NCBI RefSeq assembly: GCF_006345805.1
Contig: NC_043001.1
Span: 80,662,001 to 80,726,000 of the forward strand
DNA from: Octopus sinensis
Lineage: Eukaryota
DNA: 64,000 nucleotides
Direction of reading: 5' to 3'
Positions 41,245 to 54,710 of the stretch are shown one piece after another. The translations under genes were made by a program, and so were the position numbers. Under the pieces are notes generated by a model, which was not told the DNA's origin, ran no database searches, and saw nothing but the letters and a program-made list of their open reading frames with translations. Every line of letters starts with the position of its first letter. Positions within the stretch are counted from its first letter, which is position 1.

Positions 41245-41719
41245 TATATATATTATGTATGTATGTATGTATATATTTTGCTTAAGCATTGCGAGATCAA
41301 TAACTCAATGTAGAGCTCAATATACGTATTTGTTTCAGAACGAAGTGTTGGCTTATTATGTGTGTGAGTGTATGTGTGTGTGTGTGTGTGTGTATGTGTT
41401 TGTGTGTGTGTGTGTGTGAATTTGAAGACAGATTTATTGAATAGAGGGCGAAATGTGTTTATGTGATCTTCATACTTTCTCTAATGTTATTCTCTATGTA
41501 GCAGATGAAAAACAACTACAGTTGGGTTCACACTTAAGCCATGATGACATTTTAACAATAATTACAAAGTTTCCAACACAAAGTTTCAATTTGCGTGTAT
41601 TTTCTGCTTGTAGATGTATAGGTGTAAATATGGTTGTGAAGGCCTGTGTATGACTTCAGCCTGCATCTAGAAGTGGGGCCCTGATTCTGAAGTTCCAATG
41701 TTTGGAGTAATTCTTTTAT

Positions 41720-42078
41720 TTGTTCCAGTCATTTGACTGCACCCATGATGGAGCACCGCCTTAATTCAATCCCAGAACTTATTCTTTGTAAGCCTAGTGC
41801 TTATTCTATCGTTTTCGTTTGCCGAACCACTAAGTTACAGTGACCAACAACAGTTGTCAAGCGATGTAGCGGGGACGAACACACACACATGAATATGTAT
41901 GTATATATATATATATACGACCGGCTTCTTTCAGTTTTTGTCAACAAAATCCACTCACAAAGCTTTGGTTGGCCCCAGGCTATGGCAGAAGACACATACC
42001 CAGAATACCACGCAATGGGATTGAACCCAGAACCATGTGGCTGGGTAGCAAGTTTCTTACCACACAATCAGCCTGCGC
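41720..42078 (-). mobile_element. SINE family B
   Basis: Reverse consensus copy. Confidence 0.85.
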
Positions 42079-42439
42079 CTGTTGCATTGCTTCTTAGCCA
42101 CTACGGTTCCAAGGTCTACTTTGACGCGGAGCAGAAGCACAAGTCAGGCTCATAGCTGTTTGCTAATTAGAATGTTATGGCTTGCCAACCAATATATGTA
42201 AAGACTGGATCCGGCGAATTCTCTAGAAGAAACCTTTGCGGTTCAACGGAGAGGAAGGCAGCTGCGGCTGCAGCAACGCATTGTGAAATGCAAAAAGCAA
42301 GATGAGGCGAGTAAGACAACTCAGTCATTCATTGCAACCGTCTCCATCCCCAAACGTCTTGACTGGGTCTTGCCACTGGGTTTCAAATGGTCAAGAGCGT
42401 AAGAGTGAGGCTAATTGCCAACTCGTTTTCACTCTAAAC

Positions 42440-42774
42440 CAGGGGTTCTCAACCATTTTTTAATTAGGGACCACTTTCTTGCTATTTTATTCTGGCGAAC
42501 CCCTATAGACATTCGATGTTTAAAAAGTAGTTTTATAGAAATTGCTTTCAAATTCCTGTGTCGTTTTTTCACACATTAACTTGTGTGGGTTGAACTATAT
42601 AAAATGTTAGAGAAAGAAACCGAGCTGTTTCTTACAATATATACATTTCAATTAAAATTTTTTCAGGGTCCCTCAAAAATACTATTCTGGGTCTCCAAAC
42701 TACTATTTTGTGTGAACCCCCAAAATCTTATGTGGACCTTCAGGAATCATACGGACACCGGGTGAGAGCTACTG
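42440..42774 (+). mobile_element. hAT (Charlie-type) MITE, 335 bp
   Basis: Perfect 8-bp TSD CTCTAAAC (42432-42439, 42775-42782); TIRs CAGGGGTTCTCAAC / GGTGAGAGCTACTG. Confidence 0.9.
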
Positions 42775-43404
42775 CTCTAAACAATGACTCTGTGCAAGTC
42801 ATCAGTCGTTCTTAAGGATGACTAGATGCTCCTTGTTGTTCCGACGGACGAACATGGTGTGAGAATGTGTGTGTGTCTGAGTATGTGGGTATGAGTGCGT
42901 GTGAGTTAGTGTCTATGTGTGTCTATGAGAATATGTTTGAAAATATATGTATGAGGGAGGTATATGTGAGAGAGAGTGTGATTCTATCATAGTATTTGTG
43001 TGGTATGTGTGTATATGTATGTGCGTGAGTGTGTGATTGTATTATGAGTGTGACTGTATGTGCGAGTGCCTGTATAAGTGTGAATGAGAGTGTGTGAATG
43101 TGTGTGGGATTGAGAGGACATCTGTGTTTTTTCATGCGACTGAAAAGAGTCTCCTAAAGCTATGCCAAAATAGATTATTAGGACGCCCACATATACAAAT
43201 ACACTTACATACACACATATATATGAATGTATGTATGTTGTGTGTGTGTGTGTGTGTCTGTGTGTGGATAGATACATACATACATGCATACTTACATACA
43301 TATGCATACATTCATTCATACATACATACATATGTACGTGTATAATTGTCTCTATACACATACACGCACAGACACGCATACACATATGTATATATATATA
43401 TATA

Positions 43405-43905
43405 TAACGGGAAGCTTTATGAAAATAAACGAAAGATGAAGGCAGGTGGAATACAAACTAACAATTGTATTAGTATGGTGCTCAGGAATATAAATAAAAC
43501 AAGTCTTTTACGTTTCGAGCCTACGCTCTTCAACAGAAAGATACACAGAAAAGAAACACGGAAAGAAACAAGGAGAGAAAAAAAATGCGTGCAGAAGCTA
43601 GCGAATCAACATGGCGATCTGATTCCGGCCAGAAGTCAAAGATCAAACGTGAGACGCAAGAGCGAAAATAGGGGAGATAACAGGGTCAAATGACCAACGC
43701 CTCAACATAAGGGTGTGTGTGTGTATGAGAGAGTATGTAATGCATATGAGAGGTCTGGACGTGTGTTTGTATGTATGATGTGATGTGTAATGTCGTATGG
43801 TGTAGTGTAGAGAGAGGAGATGGGGGGAGGGGATTGGGGAGGGGGAGGTAAGGCTGAGAAAGAGGAGAGGAGAGATGAGGGGGAGAGGGGAGGGGGAATA
43901 TACAA
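43405..43905 (-). mobile_element. PLE 3'-repeat fragment with HHR (43504-43541)
   Basis: Reverse complement of the 9190-9600 region; ends at (TA)n. Confidence 0.9.
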
Positions 43906-44138
43906 TATATATTATATAACGTAATATACATACATATGTATATTATTGCCTCTATGCATATATATATGTATGTGTATGTATATATATATACATATATTAT
44001 ATATATTATATGATGTACGTATGTATGTATGTATATGCGTTTCTTCGTGGTTTCAATCATCTCTTTTTTTACTCAATATAAACAGAATAGATGTGTGTTG
44101 TCAGGCAAATATATCTACGCGCGCGTGTATGTTTGTGT

Positions 44139-44170
<32 letters not shown>

Positions 44171-44953
44171 TTGTGTGTGTGTGAGTTTTGTATAGACAGG
44201 GCAAAGAGGGTGGGTCACAATGTTAGGGCAAGCAAGTTCAAAGAAGGAAGTCTAAGACACTTTTATATAGATAGAAAGAGATAACCAACGGCGGACCGTC
44301 ATAACGGGTTAAGGGACAGGGAAGACATAGGGAAAGAGATGGACAAGGCGCAGATGGTTGAAATGCGTTTGTGAAAAACAGAGAAAGGACAAAAATCGTA
44401 GCTGATGTTGATGATGATAATGATGATGATGATGAGGAGGAGGAGGAGGAGGGGAAGGGGAAGAGGAGGACGACGACGACGGTGAAGAAGACGACGGCGA
44501 CGAAGACGACGATGACGAAGACGACGATGACGAAGACGACGACGACGAAGACGGCGACGACGATGACGATGATGATGATGATGGAAGATAGTGGTGGAGG
44601 ATGGTGGGGATGGTGGTAGAGTTGGGAGTAGAGTGCTGGTGATGATGACGAAAACGACGTCGAAGATAATGATAATGATGACGACGCAAAAAGTGATGGC
44701 GGCGGCACGGCTGTGGCAACGTGGTAGATGATGATAGGCGGTAGGAAGAAAATGAAGAGGAGGACGACAAGAACATCTGAAATGAGGACCATAACAGGAA
44801 TACAAATAAAAAGAAATAAGGAAAAGTAGAACAGAAACAACACAACAAACGGAAACCAACAAAACACAGCATGCGGAAAAATATACGATAACACAACAAA
44901 CGGCAAACCGGACAAAAACAAGAGGCACGGGTGTATGTATATATATATAGACG

Positions 44954-45345
44954 CAGGCGTAGCTGTGTGGTAAGAAGTCTGCTTACCAAACACATGGTTC
45001 TAGGTTCAGTCCCACTTCCTGGCACCTTGGGCAAGTGTCTTCTACTATAACCTCGGACCGACCAAAGCCTTGTGACTTTGGTAGAAGAAAAATGAAAGAA
45101 GCCCGTCGTATATATATATATATATGTTTATGTATGTCTTTGTGTCTATGTTTGTCCCCCACCCCCATCATTTGACAACCGCTGTTAGTGTGTTTACGTC
45201 CCCGTAACTTAGCAGTTCAGCAAAAGTTAATAATATAAGTACTAAGCTTACAAAGAATAAATCCTGAAGCCGATTTGCTCGACTAAGGGCGGTGCTCCAG
45301 CGTGGCTTCAGACAAATGACTGAAAGAATTAAATGAATAAAAGAA
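44954..45345 (+). mobile_element. SINE family B
   Basis: cgcaggcgtagctgtgtggtaag...ggcggtgctccagcgtggc. Confidence 0.87.
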
Positions 45346-45416
45346 CATATACGTATATACATTCAACCATATTCAACTTTTCCCTTTTTCTTCTCTATGC
45401 TCCTCTTTATTTATTC

Positions 45417-45512
45417 TGCACTCTGATGAAGCTTCATGTTTCAGATCGGTTTTATTACCAAACAATATTGGCAATACCAAACAACATTGGAAGCAGAAAC
45501 AGCTGTTAGATG
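45417..45512 (+). ncRNA. Hammerhead-like motif with long helix II
   Basis: CTGATGA-A-GCTTC...GAAGC-A-GAAA-C-AGCT-GTT-AGA; palindromic ACAGCTGT helix III; helix I is weak. Confidence 0.55.
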
Positions 45513-45780
45513 GGATGTAGTCTATCTGTATTGAATTAATAAATAATGATTGATGTAAGTTAATTGTTGTTCATCAATATTTCTCCATCTGTTTTCTTTA
45601 AATTATGATTCTTGATAAACTCATGTTTATCTTTGTCGTTACCTGTAATTTATGAGCATGATATACTTGCATATGTATGCTCATGATTAAACATAGGTAA
45701 TATACCGGTAGTGTAAAGGATACTTCTATCCCTTAGACGGTTATTTTAACCTCTAACTCAGCTAACCTATATATATAGGG

Positions 45781-47157
45781 AGAATTCACACAAAAAAATG
45801 AAGACGAAGACAGGTGGTGTAGACAACAAACAGATGTATTAGGTTAACGCTCAGAAAGTGAAAAAGTCTTTAACGTTTCGAGCCTACGCTCTTCCACAGA
45901 AAGAAACAAGGAGAGAAAATAAAGAATGTGTAGTGGCTAGCGATCTACCACGGAGAATGCCGGACAGAGAGGTCACACAAGAGAGCTAGGAAGAAGAAGA
46001 GATAACAGAGTAGTGGTGATCCCAAAACGAAGGTGTGCGTGCGTGTGTATAAGAGAGTATGTACGTGCGTGTGTATAAGAGAGTATGTACGTGCGTGTGG
46101 AAGAGGGCTGGTGACCTTGATGTGTGCGTGTGTGTTTTGTAAGTGTGTGGATGTGGGGCTGGGAAGTGGTCAGTGCTAGTGTGTGCGTGGTGGTGTTATG
46201 TGATGTGATGTGGTGTTGTGTCGTGTATGGTGTAGTGATGTGTGGTGTGGTGTGATGGTGTTGGGAGGTGGGAGAGGTGAAAGTGGAGAAAACAAGGGTG
46301 GGGGTGGGTTAGGCTGAGGGTGAGGGTACAGGTGGGGTATGTGGGAGTGTGTGTTAAGGATGGGGTGGGATGGAGTGGATAGGGAAGGTGGGTTGGTTTG
46401 TGTAGGGGTGGGGTGGGGTGGGATTACGATGGAGGGATAACGATGAAGGGGGAAGGGAGAAGGTGTATAGGAGTGAAGAGAAGTAGGAGTCGGAGCAAGA
46501 GAGGAGAGGTGGGTGGGAGGAAGTAGATGCAAGCGGGAGAGAGGAGAGGGGAGGACAGTTGAGCCCATGTGCCGCAAAGGAGCTCAGAGAGAAAGTTAAT
46601 CCCTGTTCACGTCGCAAACGGAGTCCGCATGGCCCCTGTGCAAGGACAATCCAAACACAGGCAGGTGTTGCAAAGAGTGGCCGGTAGAGCGGAAATGGCG
46701 CGAGACCGGGGTTTCATTACCCAGTCGGATGTCTCGGAGGTGTTCCGCGAACCGGTCAGCCAGGCGGCGTTCCGTTTGCTCGATGTATAAATAAGGGCAG
46801 AGAGAACAGGAGATGCAGTAGATAACATTGGTAGAAGTGCAGGTGAAGGAGTCGGTGATGTGATAGGATCGATGATAGTGAGGAGGGTGGTGTGGGAGAG
46901 GTAAGGGCAAATGCGGCAGCGTGGGCGGGAGCAGGGGTACGAGCCAGGTTGGGAGGTTGGTTTAGGGAAGAAGCTGTGGACCAAGAGGTCTCGTCGGTTG
47001 TGGTCTCGTTTGAAGGAGGGGAGGGGTCGGTTAGGGAAGATGTGCGAAGTGGAGGGGTCGGACTGGAGTCACCGGAAGGTCGGTGAATGGTGCGTTGGAG
47101 AGGTAGGGTGGTGGGGTGGTAGGTGAGGGGAAACGGGAGACGGCGGAGCGGGTGCGT
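45781..47157 (-). mobile_element. 5'-truncated Neptune-like PLE (RT C-terminus, GIY-YIG, 3' repeat with HHR at 45867-45904)
   Basis: PCSRPRCRICPYL and NVIYCISCSLCPYLYIEQTERRLADRFAEHLRDIR; related to 7960-9600. Confidence 0.9.
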
Positions 47158-47167
47158 AAGGAGAGAG

Positions 47168-48129
47168 CATATGCACATTTACTCTTTTATTCGGTTCAGC
47201 CATGCGGCCGTGGTCATGCTGGAGTACCACCATGGTCTTTCTAACTTCTTCAATCTGGGTGTTTCACATCATCACTCCTATATGTGCCTTTGTCCCAGAT
47301 GTTGGTACATTTGGTGTATAAGGGAGTTTGATTCTGCTACCCTCATCTCTACTTCATGTCGGGCATGGTTCCTCCGGTATTGTGGAGAGGAGGATGTCCA
47401 GCTCCTTTTTGAAGACATCTACTTCCACCTCATGCAAATTTCTTAATTTTTGTGGCTAAGCATTGAAGAGCTGTGGGTCTTTGAACCTTAGATTATTGCA
47501 GTACCTGGTCTTGAATTTAGATGGAGTGGATTGTACCTTTCGTACAATACAATGGCGGCCAGTTCTGGCATTTGTATAACACTCAATGCCAAAGTTAGGT
47601 ACTAGCATATGTATATTGTTGCATATCTCTCATGCCTTCGCTCTAGGGAGTAAAGCTGTAGTTTTCTCAACCTATTCCTGTAGCTCATCCGTTGCACTGT
47701 TTCAGTCTTTTTAGTGTAGTGGCGTTGGACTACAACAAGCTCCGCTCTTAGTTTGGCACTGTGTGGTGACCATAACTGGAAGCAGTAGTCCAGGCGGCTG
47801 AGAACAGAGGTTCTCCACAGGGTCAACATAATTTCTTGGTCTCTTGTCTTGAAGGACCTCAGTATCCATCCTCAATGTTGATGTATTCGATGGCTCGCGC
47901 CCCCTTTCTTAGAGTTGCAATATCAAAGAATTCAGTCGGATTCTTTATCTGCATGTGTCCTAGTCGGGAAGTGAAGACGCTTTTAAATTGTTCACTGAGT
48001 ATCTCATTTATCCTTCCTGGGTCCGCCATCATTCTCTTGGAACAATACTCCATATTCCATATTGTATTATGGCTGTTTCCTTTGAGAATTTATCGAAAGC
48101 TCTGGGATTTGTTTTATGCTTACCACAGT

Positions 48130-48213
<84 letters not shown>

Positions 48214-48628
48214 TCTTTCCCTTTCGTGAGAGAGTTTAAGAGCGTCCGTGTTAAGATAGACTTCTCTCTATCTTTCAGTTGCCTATTCAACCGCTTTGAG
48301 ATCTTTGACCTGCATCTCATAAGGATTTTCTGTCCCTGTGAATCTTGTTTGACAGTGTGCTGGCCTTTCTTTCTGGAATATATTTAGTGCATATAGTTTG
48401 CACAGTTGACATAAACTGCCTGAGTTTCAGATCAATGCCTTGCATGCACAGAATGTTGGACCAGTTTCGTTTGTGGATCTCTTTGCGGATTGATTCCCAT
48501 TTAGACTTATGGAAATTTGGATTGGATAAGGCTTGAGTACTCCTTATAGGGTAGATACCAATAGTTCGCGCAGGACCATACATAGTTAGTACAACAATGT
48601 TGTGATCTGAGAGGCCTTTGGTGCCCAT
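47168..48628 (-). mobile_element. CR1-type LINE remnant with internal deletion of the RT core and an intact 3' tail
   Basis: NFHKSKWESIR..., ADPGRINEILSEQFKSVFT, then directly GWILRSFKTRDQEIMLTLWRTSVLSRLDYCFQLWSP...YSLERR. Confidence 0.85.
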
Positions 48629-48633
48629 TATGG

Positions 48634-48679
<46 letters not shown>

Positions 48680-49459
48680 ACTGGCTTCGTTCAGTTACCG
48701 TCTACCAAATACAGGATTTGGTCGGCCCGAGGCTATAGTAGAAGACATTTTTGCTCAAGGTGCTACGCAGTGGGACTGAATCTGGAACCATGTGGTTGAT
48801 AAGCAAGCTACTTACCACACAGCCACTCCTGCGCCTATCTATCTATCAATCTATCTCGATATATATATATTATGATATGTAGAAAATTACAAACTGAGAC
48901 AAGAACGCATAGGAACTTAGAAGACGATACAACAAACACAGACAGGACATTCGAAGCCCTCAGTCTTCAGTCAAGAACCGGATCATCGTAGTAATTTCGG
49001 CTATATATATATAAGCACACACACATGCACACGCACACATACACACATATATCTATATCACAGGGAATAGGGGCTCACGGTAAGCTCTCCACCGGGTGTC
49101 CGACTATCATGGAAGACAGTAGTAGAGTTTAGGGAATCCTTCTCAAAACACAGGAATCACAATGATGGAGAGTATATGATAATTAACCGAAATTCAGACA
49201 AATAGTAAATGAAATATTTATTCCATTTCTCGACTGCTGTTTCCTAATCTGTTGCATCAGCGACGCTAATGCATCCCGCACACACACACACACACACATA
49301 CATATCTCTTTTATCTCTTTTACTTGTTTCAGTCATTTGACTGCGGCCATGCTGGAGCACCGCCTTTAGACGAGCAAATCGATCCCAGGGCTTATTCTTT
49401 GGAAGCCTAGTACTTATCCTGTCGGTCTCTTTTGCCGAAATTATATATACGTGTGTGTA

Positions 49460-49509
<50 letters not shown>

Positions 49510-49857
49510 TGTGCGTGTGTGGTGTGTGTGTGTGTGTGTGTGTAGCTACCTGGGATGTTAAATTTATTCGTACTTATTTGTATTTGATTGTTTGATATGG
49601 TTTACCAAATTCGTTTAACACAGTAATTTACAGATACGTGTCTGGATTTATTAATCCCCTTTATTTCTTCTTCTTCTTCTTTCTTCTTCTTCTTTCTTCT
49701 TCTTCTTCTTCTTCTTCTTCTTCTTCTTCTTCTCTTCTTTCTTCTTCTTCTTCTTCTTCTTCTCTTCTTCTTCTTCTTCTTCTTCTTCTGCTTCTGCTTC
49801 TTCTTCTTCTCCTCCTACTTCTCCTCCTCCTCGTCTTCCTCCTCCTCCTTCTTTTTC

Positions 49858-50040
49858 TTCTGGCAGAATCCTTAGCACGCCGAGCAGCATTTCGACCGTC
49901 TTTACGTTCCGTGTTCAAAGTCCGCCGCAGTCGACTTTGCCCTTCATCCTTTCAGGGTCGATGAAATAAGTTGAGTAGTGGGGTCGATGTAATCGACTAT
50001 CACCTCCCCCAAACTTCAGGCCCTGTGCCTACAGTAGAAA
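49858..50040 (+). mobile_element. SINE family A
   Basis: ctggcagaatccttagcacgccg...gtcgactttgcccttcatcctttcagggtcga. Confidence 0.85.
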
Positions 50041-50064
50041 GGATAATTATTATTATTATTATTA

Positions 50065-50122
<58 letters not shown>

Positions 50123-50127
50123 CATCA

Positions 50128-50180
<53 letters not shown>

Positions 50181-50295
50181 AGCAAGAATGGCTATTGTTC
50201 AATGACTGAGGCAAAATAAAACATAAAGACATACATACATACATACATGCATGCTTGCATGCATAACGGACAGACAGACAAGCAGACAGATAAAC

Positions 50296-50416
<121 letters not shown>

Positions 50417-50424
50417 CCCCTTTT

Positions 50425-50742
50425 GGTCATGAATGACTATGGTATTGCACCTAGAAAGTTACCCTCCGAGGCACATATACGGGCAAGGTTGTTTTTATGG
50501 AAGACCAGCAGTCGCTCATGGTTATCAGCCTCCCTTCTCCACGCCACCGATGTTATCCAAGGGAAAGGCAAAGGGCGATTCAGCCTGGCACCATTGACGT
50601 CGCAACTCATTTCTACAGCTGAATGAATTGGAGCAACGTGAAATAAAGTGTTTTGCTCAAGAACACAACACACAGCCCGGTCCGGGAAATGAACTCACTA
50701 TTTCATGATTATGAGTCCGACTCTCTATCCACTGAGCCATAA
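50425..50742 (-). mobile_element. tRNA-derived SINE, third family (CORE-like middle)
   Basis: Minus-strand head tggctcagtggatagagagtcggactc...gagttcatttcccgg, then ttcttgagcaaaacactttatttcac. Confidence 0.75.
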
Positions 50743-51714
50743 CACATTTAACTCCTTGTTCAGTGTACCTTATATAAAAAAAAAAATTAATTGAAAAAAT
50801 TTATTATAGAGTATGATTTTAACAATATGCGGCTGCTATTTCTAGTATGTCTAATATCCATTAGACACTCCATCGTTGGTTTGAATTACAAATCATTATG
50901 GTTGTTTGTCTTTGCATCCGCATTGTTTAAATAGTTGCGTGGGGTGTTTTTATGCCGTCTAAGCGGTACGGCTATCAAAGACTAATTTGTTTTGAGGAAA
51001 ATATACAGTAAATATCTTCCATTCAATTGTAGATAAATCCTTAAACAATCTAGAAGAGTAATTGTCAGAATATATTTAATGCAATTGTCTTAGTCATATA
51101 ACACTCTTTCGTTTGTCCGCTATTCGTGAACATGCGAAACTTTTATAGTCCGAAGTAATTTCTGAAAAGACGCAATGACATACGCATACTCAGTTAGTGT
51201 ATGTGTGTGTGTGTGTGTGTGTGTGTATACTTGTGTGCGTATCTGTCGTCGTGTGTGTTGTGTGTGTGTGTAAGCGAATAAGTATGTATCTATCGTCGTG
51301 TGTGTGTGTGTATAAGTAAATGAGTGTGGCTCTATCGCCGTGTCGGTCTTCGTGCATGCTTGTGTGTATACTTGTATATATGTTTGCGTGTGCATGCGTG
51401 CGTGTATATTTGCATGTGTGTGTATGTGTGTGCGTGTGTGCTTGCGAGTGTAAGTGTGTGTTGCGTGTGTGTGTGTATGTCTTTGCCTTACTGTTTAAGG
51501 TGAAGCTCATTACTAAATCTACAAATACATACTCACACCCTCTGTCTGTCCGTCTCTCTCTCCCTATCTCTTTCTCTTTCACTCTTCACTGTCTTCCTCT
51601 CTCTCTCTCACTGCGACCAACTTTGTAATTCTAGCTTTTTGTTTTAGTTCCTGACATTGTTTACTTGGCTCGTTTCCTCTCATTGTTGTCTGTTCCATTT
51701 TGATGACACAGTAC

Positions 51715-51753
<39 letters not shown>

Positions 51754-52122
51754 GGTGGTGGTGGTGTGGTGGTGGTGGTGGCGGCGGTGACGGCGGTGAC
51801 GGCGGTGGTGGTGGCCCTCGCCATAGTCTTGGTGATGGGGGGGGGGGTGATGGTGGTGGCGGTGATGGTGGGGCAGTGCTGATAGCGGCGGTAATGGACT
51901 TTGCCTTTCATCCTTTCGGGGTCGATAAATTAAGTACCAGTTCCGCACTGGGGTCGATGTAATCGACTTAATCCATTGTCTGTCATTGTTTGTCCCCTCT
52001 ATGTTTAGCCCCTTGTGGGTAATAAAGAAATAGGTAATGATGACGGCGTTGGTGATGAGGATAGCAGTGGTGGTGGTGGTGGTGGTGATAGTGATAGTGG
52101 TGATGGTAGCAGTGGTGATGGT

Positions 52123-52672
52123 AGTAATGATGGTAGCATATCACGCAATAGGTAAAGAGCCGGAAGAAATGCCGCGGAGTATTTTGTCCGGCACCAAGAA
52201 ATTACATGAGAGAAGATAAGTCGATTACATCGACTTCAGTGTTAAACTGGTACATATTTATCGACCCTCACAAGGGTGAAAGGCAAAACTGACTTCGGCG
52301 AAATTTAAACTCAAGAACGTAGAAACGGACGAAATACCGCCAAGCACTTACCCGACGTGCTAACGATTTTGCCAGTTCGCCACCTTAGTCACTGAGACTA
52401 ATGATCAGAAAAGAAGTGAAATAGAACCAGCGCTTGTGTTTATTATTAGAATAATGACGCCCACCTCACAACGTACAATAAAATATGTTTCATCATAGAG
52501 GTTCACATCAAAAATTTTGCGAACCAAATACAACTTACTAATCCTTTAATCATCGTAAAATATTATATTTAGTTGTGTGTTCTGTTGAATTTGGTGGCAA
52601 AGAAATGTGATCTCTGAAATCATGAGTTGTGATGAAAACAATTCCATCGAGATGAGGTCATTGTTGCCATTA
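52123..52672 (+). repeat. Duplicated block C (copy 1)
   Basis: About 97% identical by eye to 56212-56762. Confidence 0.95.
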
Positions 52673-52795
52673 AACACACCACACACACACACATATATAT
52701 ATATATTAATATATATATATAACTATATATATATAAATATATATATACATATATATATACATATATATATACAATATATACATATATATATATAC

Positions 52796-52899
<104 letters not shown>

Positions 52900-53559
52900 C
52901 ACACATACACCTATTACACACGCCCACACACCTACATACACACACACATATACACACGCCCACACACCTACATACACACACATACATACACACACATACA
53001 CGGACACCACCCACATACTTACATACATACACCTATACACACACGCCTACACCCCTACATACACACACATGCATACACACACACACACATGTACGCACAT
53101 ACACACACATATACGCACATACATATATACCCACACACATGCACACACACACACACATACGCACATGCATGCACACACGCGCACACCTACACGCATACAC
53201 ACACACACACACGCACGTACACATACATACATACACACACGCATACATACACCCATACACATACATGCATCCGACACACAACATACACACTCACACATAC
53301 ATACACACACACACACTCACTCACACACCTGTATGTACGCGCACACACATGCACATACACACACTTCCCCACACCCACACGTACATACATACACACTCAC
53401 ACACATACACACACACACACACGGACATACATCTATGCACACACATACATACACACATACTCACATACATTCATCGGACACACTGCCACCCAGACATACA
53501 CACAGACACACTCACACATCCACACACATACATACTTACGCGCATACTCGCAGGCACGC

Positions 53560-54444
53560 GCACATACGCACTTGCGCCGGCTCGCGCTGCATACGCGCCG
53601 CATACACCTCGCCCTTGGACCTGACGAGACCTCCCGCCCGTTCCTGGGACCGTCGCGTGTCGTTGGGTTTTCCCACGCCTGTCTCCGCGGTACCACTCTT
53701 CCATCTTCCCCTCAGCTGGAGTCCTTTTTCCTTAAACCCCCCCCCTTTTTCGTTACACACACGCGCACACATATACACACCTTGCCTATATATATACATC
53801 ACTCTTACACACATTCAATCTACTCGCCATTAATCCACCACGACACTGGAACACACACACACACTACTCTCAACACACGCTGGCACGCTACATACGCCCC
53901 CACCCCTTCCCCTCCTCCCCTTCCTCCTTCCTTCTTTTTCTTACTACTGACCTCCTTCTCTCCTTCCTTCTTTTTTCTACTACTACTGACCTCGTCTGCT
54001 AGCTGACCACTAGTCTCGCCCTACCTCACACGCCTACACACAGACGCACACACTAACACACACATATTTTTTTGTTTTTTCATCTCGCCTCACACACACA
54101 CATACACACACGCACATGCACACACTCACACATACACACACATCTGTTGGGTTACCAACCTTGTCTCCACTCTTTTGCCTTTAAAAACCCACTTTGCTCT
54201 TGTTATCGTCAACATCCGCCTTTCACCATGTGCAACTCGTAACACCAGTCGTCTTTTTTCTCTTTCCCTGTTGCCCGCTCTGGGATCTTTCTTTCCTCTC
54301 TCTTCCTTCTTTATGTTTCCGACGAAGAGCTCCGCTCGAAACGTCATACCTCCTGCTTCCATCCATCTCCTGAGCGCCTATTAATAATAATACTGTAATT
54401 GTTCCTGTTGTTGTTGTTTTTTTTGTTTCCCTTTTGGATTAAAA

Positions 54445-54445
<1 letters not shown>
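53560..54445 (+). mobile_element. Probable PLE-type terminal-repeat fragment with variant HHR (54313-54350)
   Basis: Pyrimidine/CA-rich body; ccgacgaagagctccgctcgaaacgtc followed by ctgagcgcctattaata, resembling the 9465-9545 tail; ends at (TA)n. Confidence 0.6.
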
Positions 54446-54489
<44 letters not shown>

Positions 54490-54611
54490 CAATTTTAGGA
54501 GTGACCCTAACGGTCATTCGTCCACCAGAAGAGCAGCCATAACTCACACACCGCCAAGTAGTAGTAATTCAGAAATTAGGTGAAAATTTAAAAACTTTAC
54601 CCTAATTCATC

Positions 54612-54710
54612 TTTTAGACGTTGCAAACGTTTCTGTGTCATTAATGATTAAATTAGCTTAATTAAATTAAATTAAGCTAATCTACCATAGGTTACACTTC
54701 ATCAGTAAAA
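54612..54710 (-). ncRNA. Type I hammerhead ribozyme, copy 1
   Basis: Reverse complement of the motif at 55562; core CTGATGA intact, one extra base in helix III. Confidence 0.75.

Noticed and set aside
41453-41653. 66-aa ORF / possible exon
   Set aside because: Weak splice signals and no recognisable motif.
49227-49265. CTGATGC...GAAAC-AGCA-GTC on the minus strand
   Set aside because: A9 is altered and there is no convincing helix I or II; kept only as a possible decayed relative.
53612-53730. GGAC-CTGACGA-GAC as a hammerhead start
   Set aside because: No downstream GAAA or helix III.
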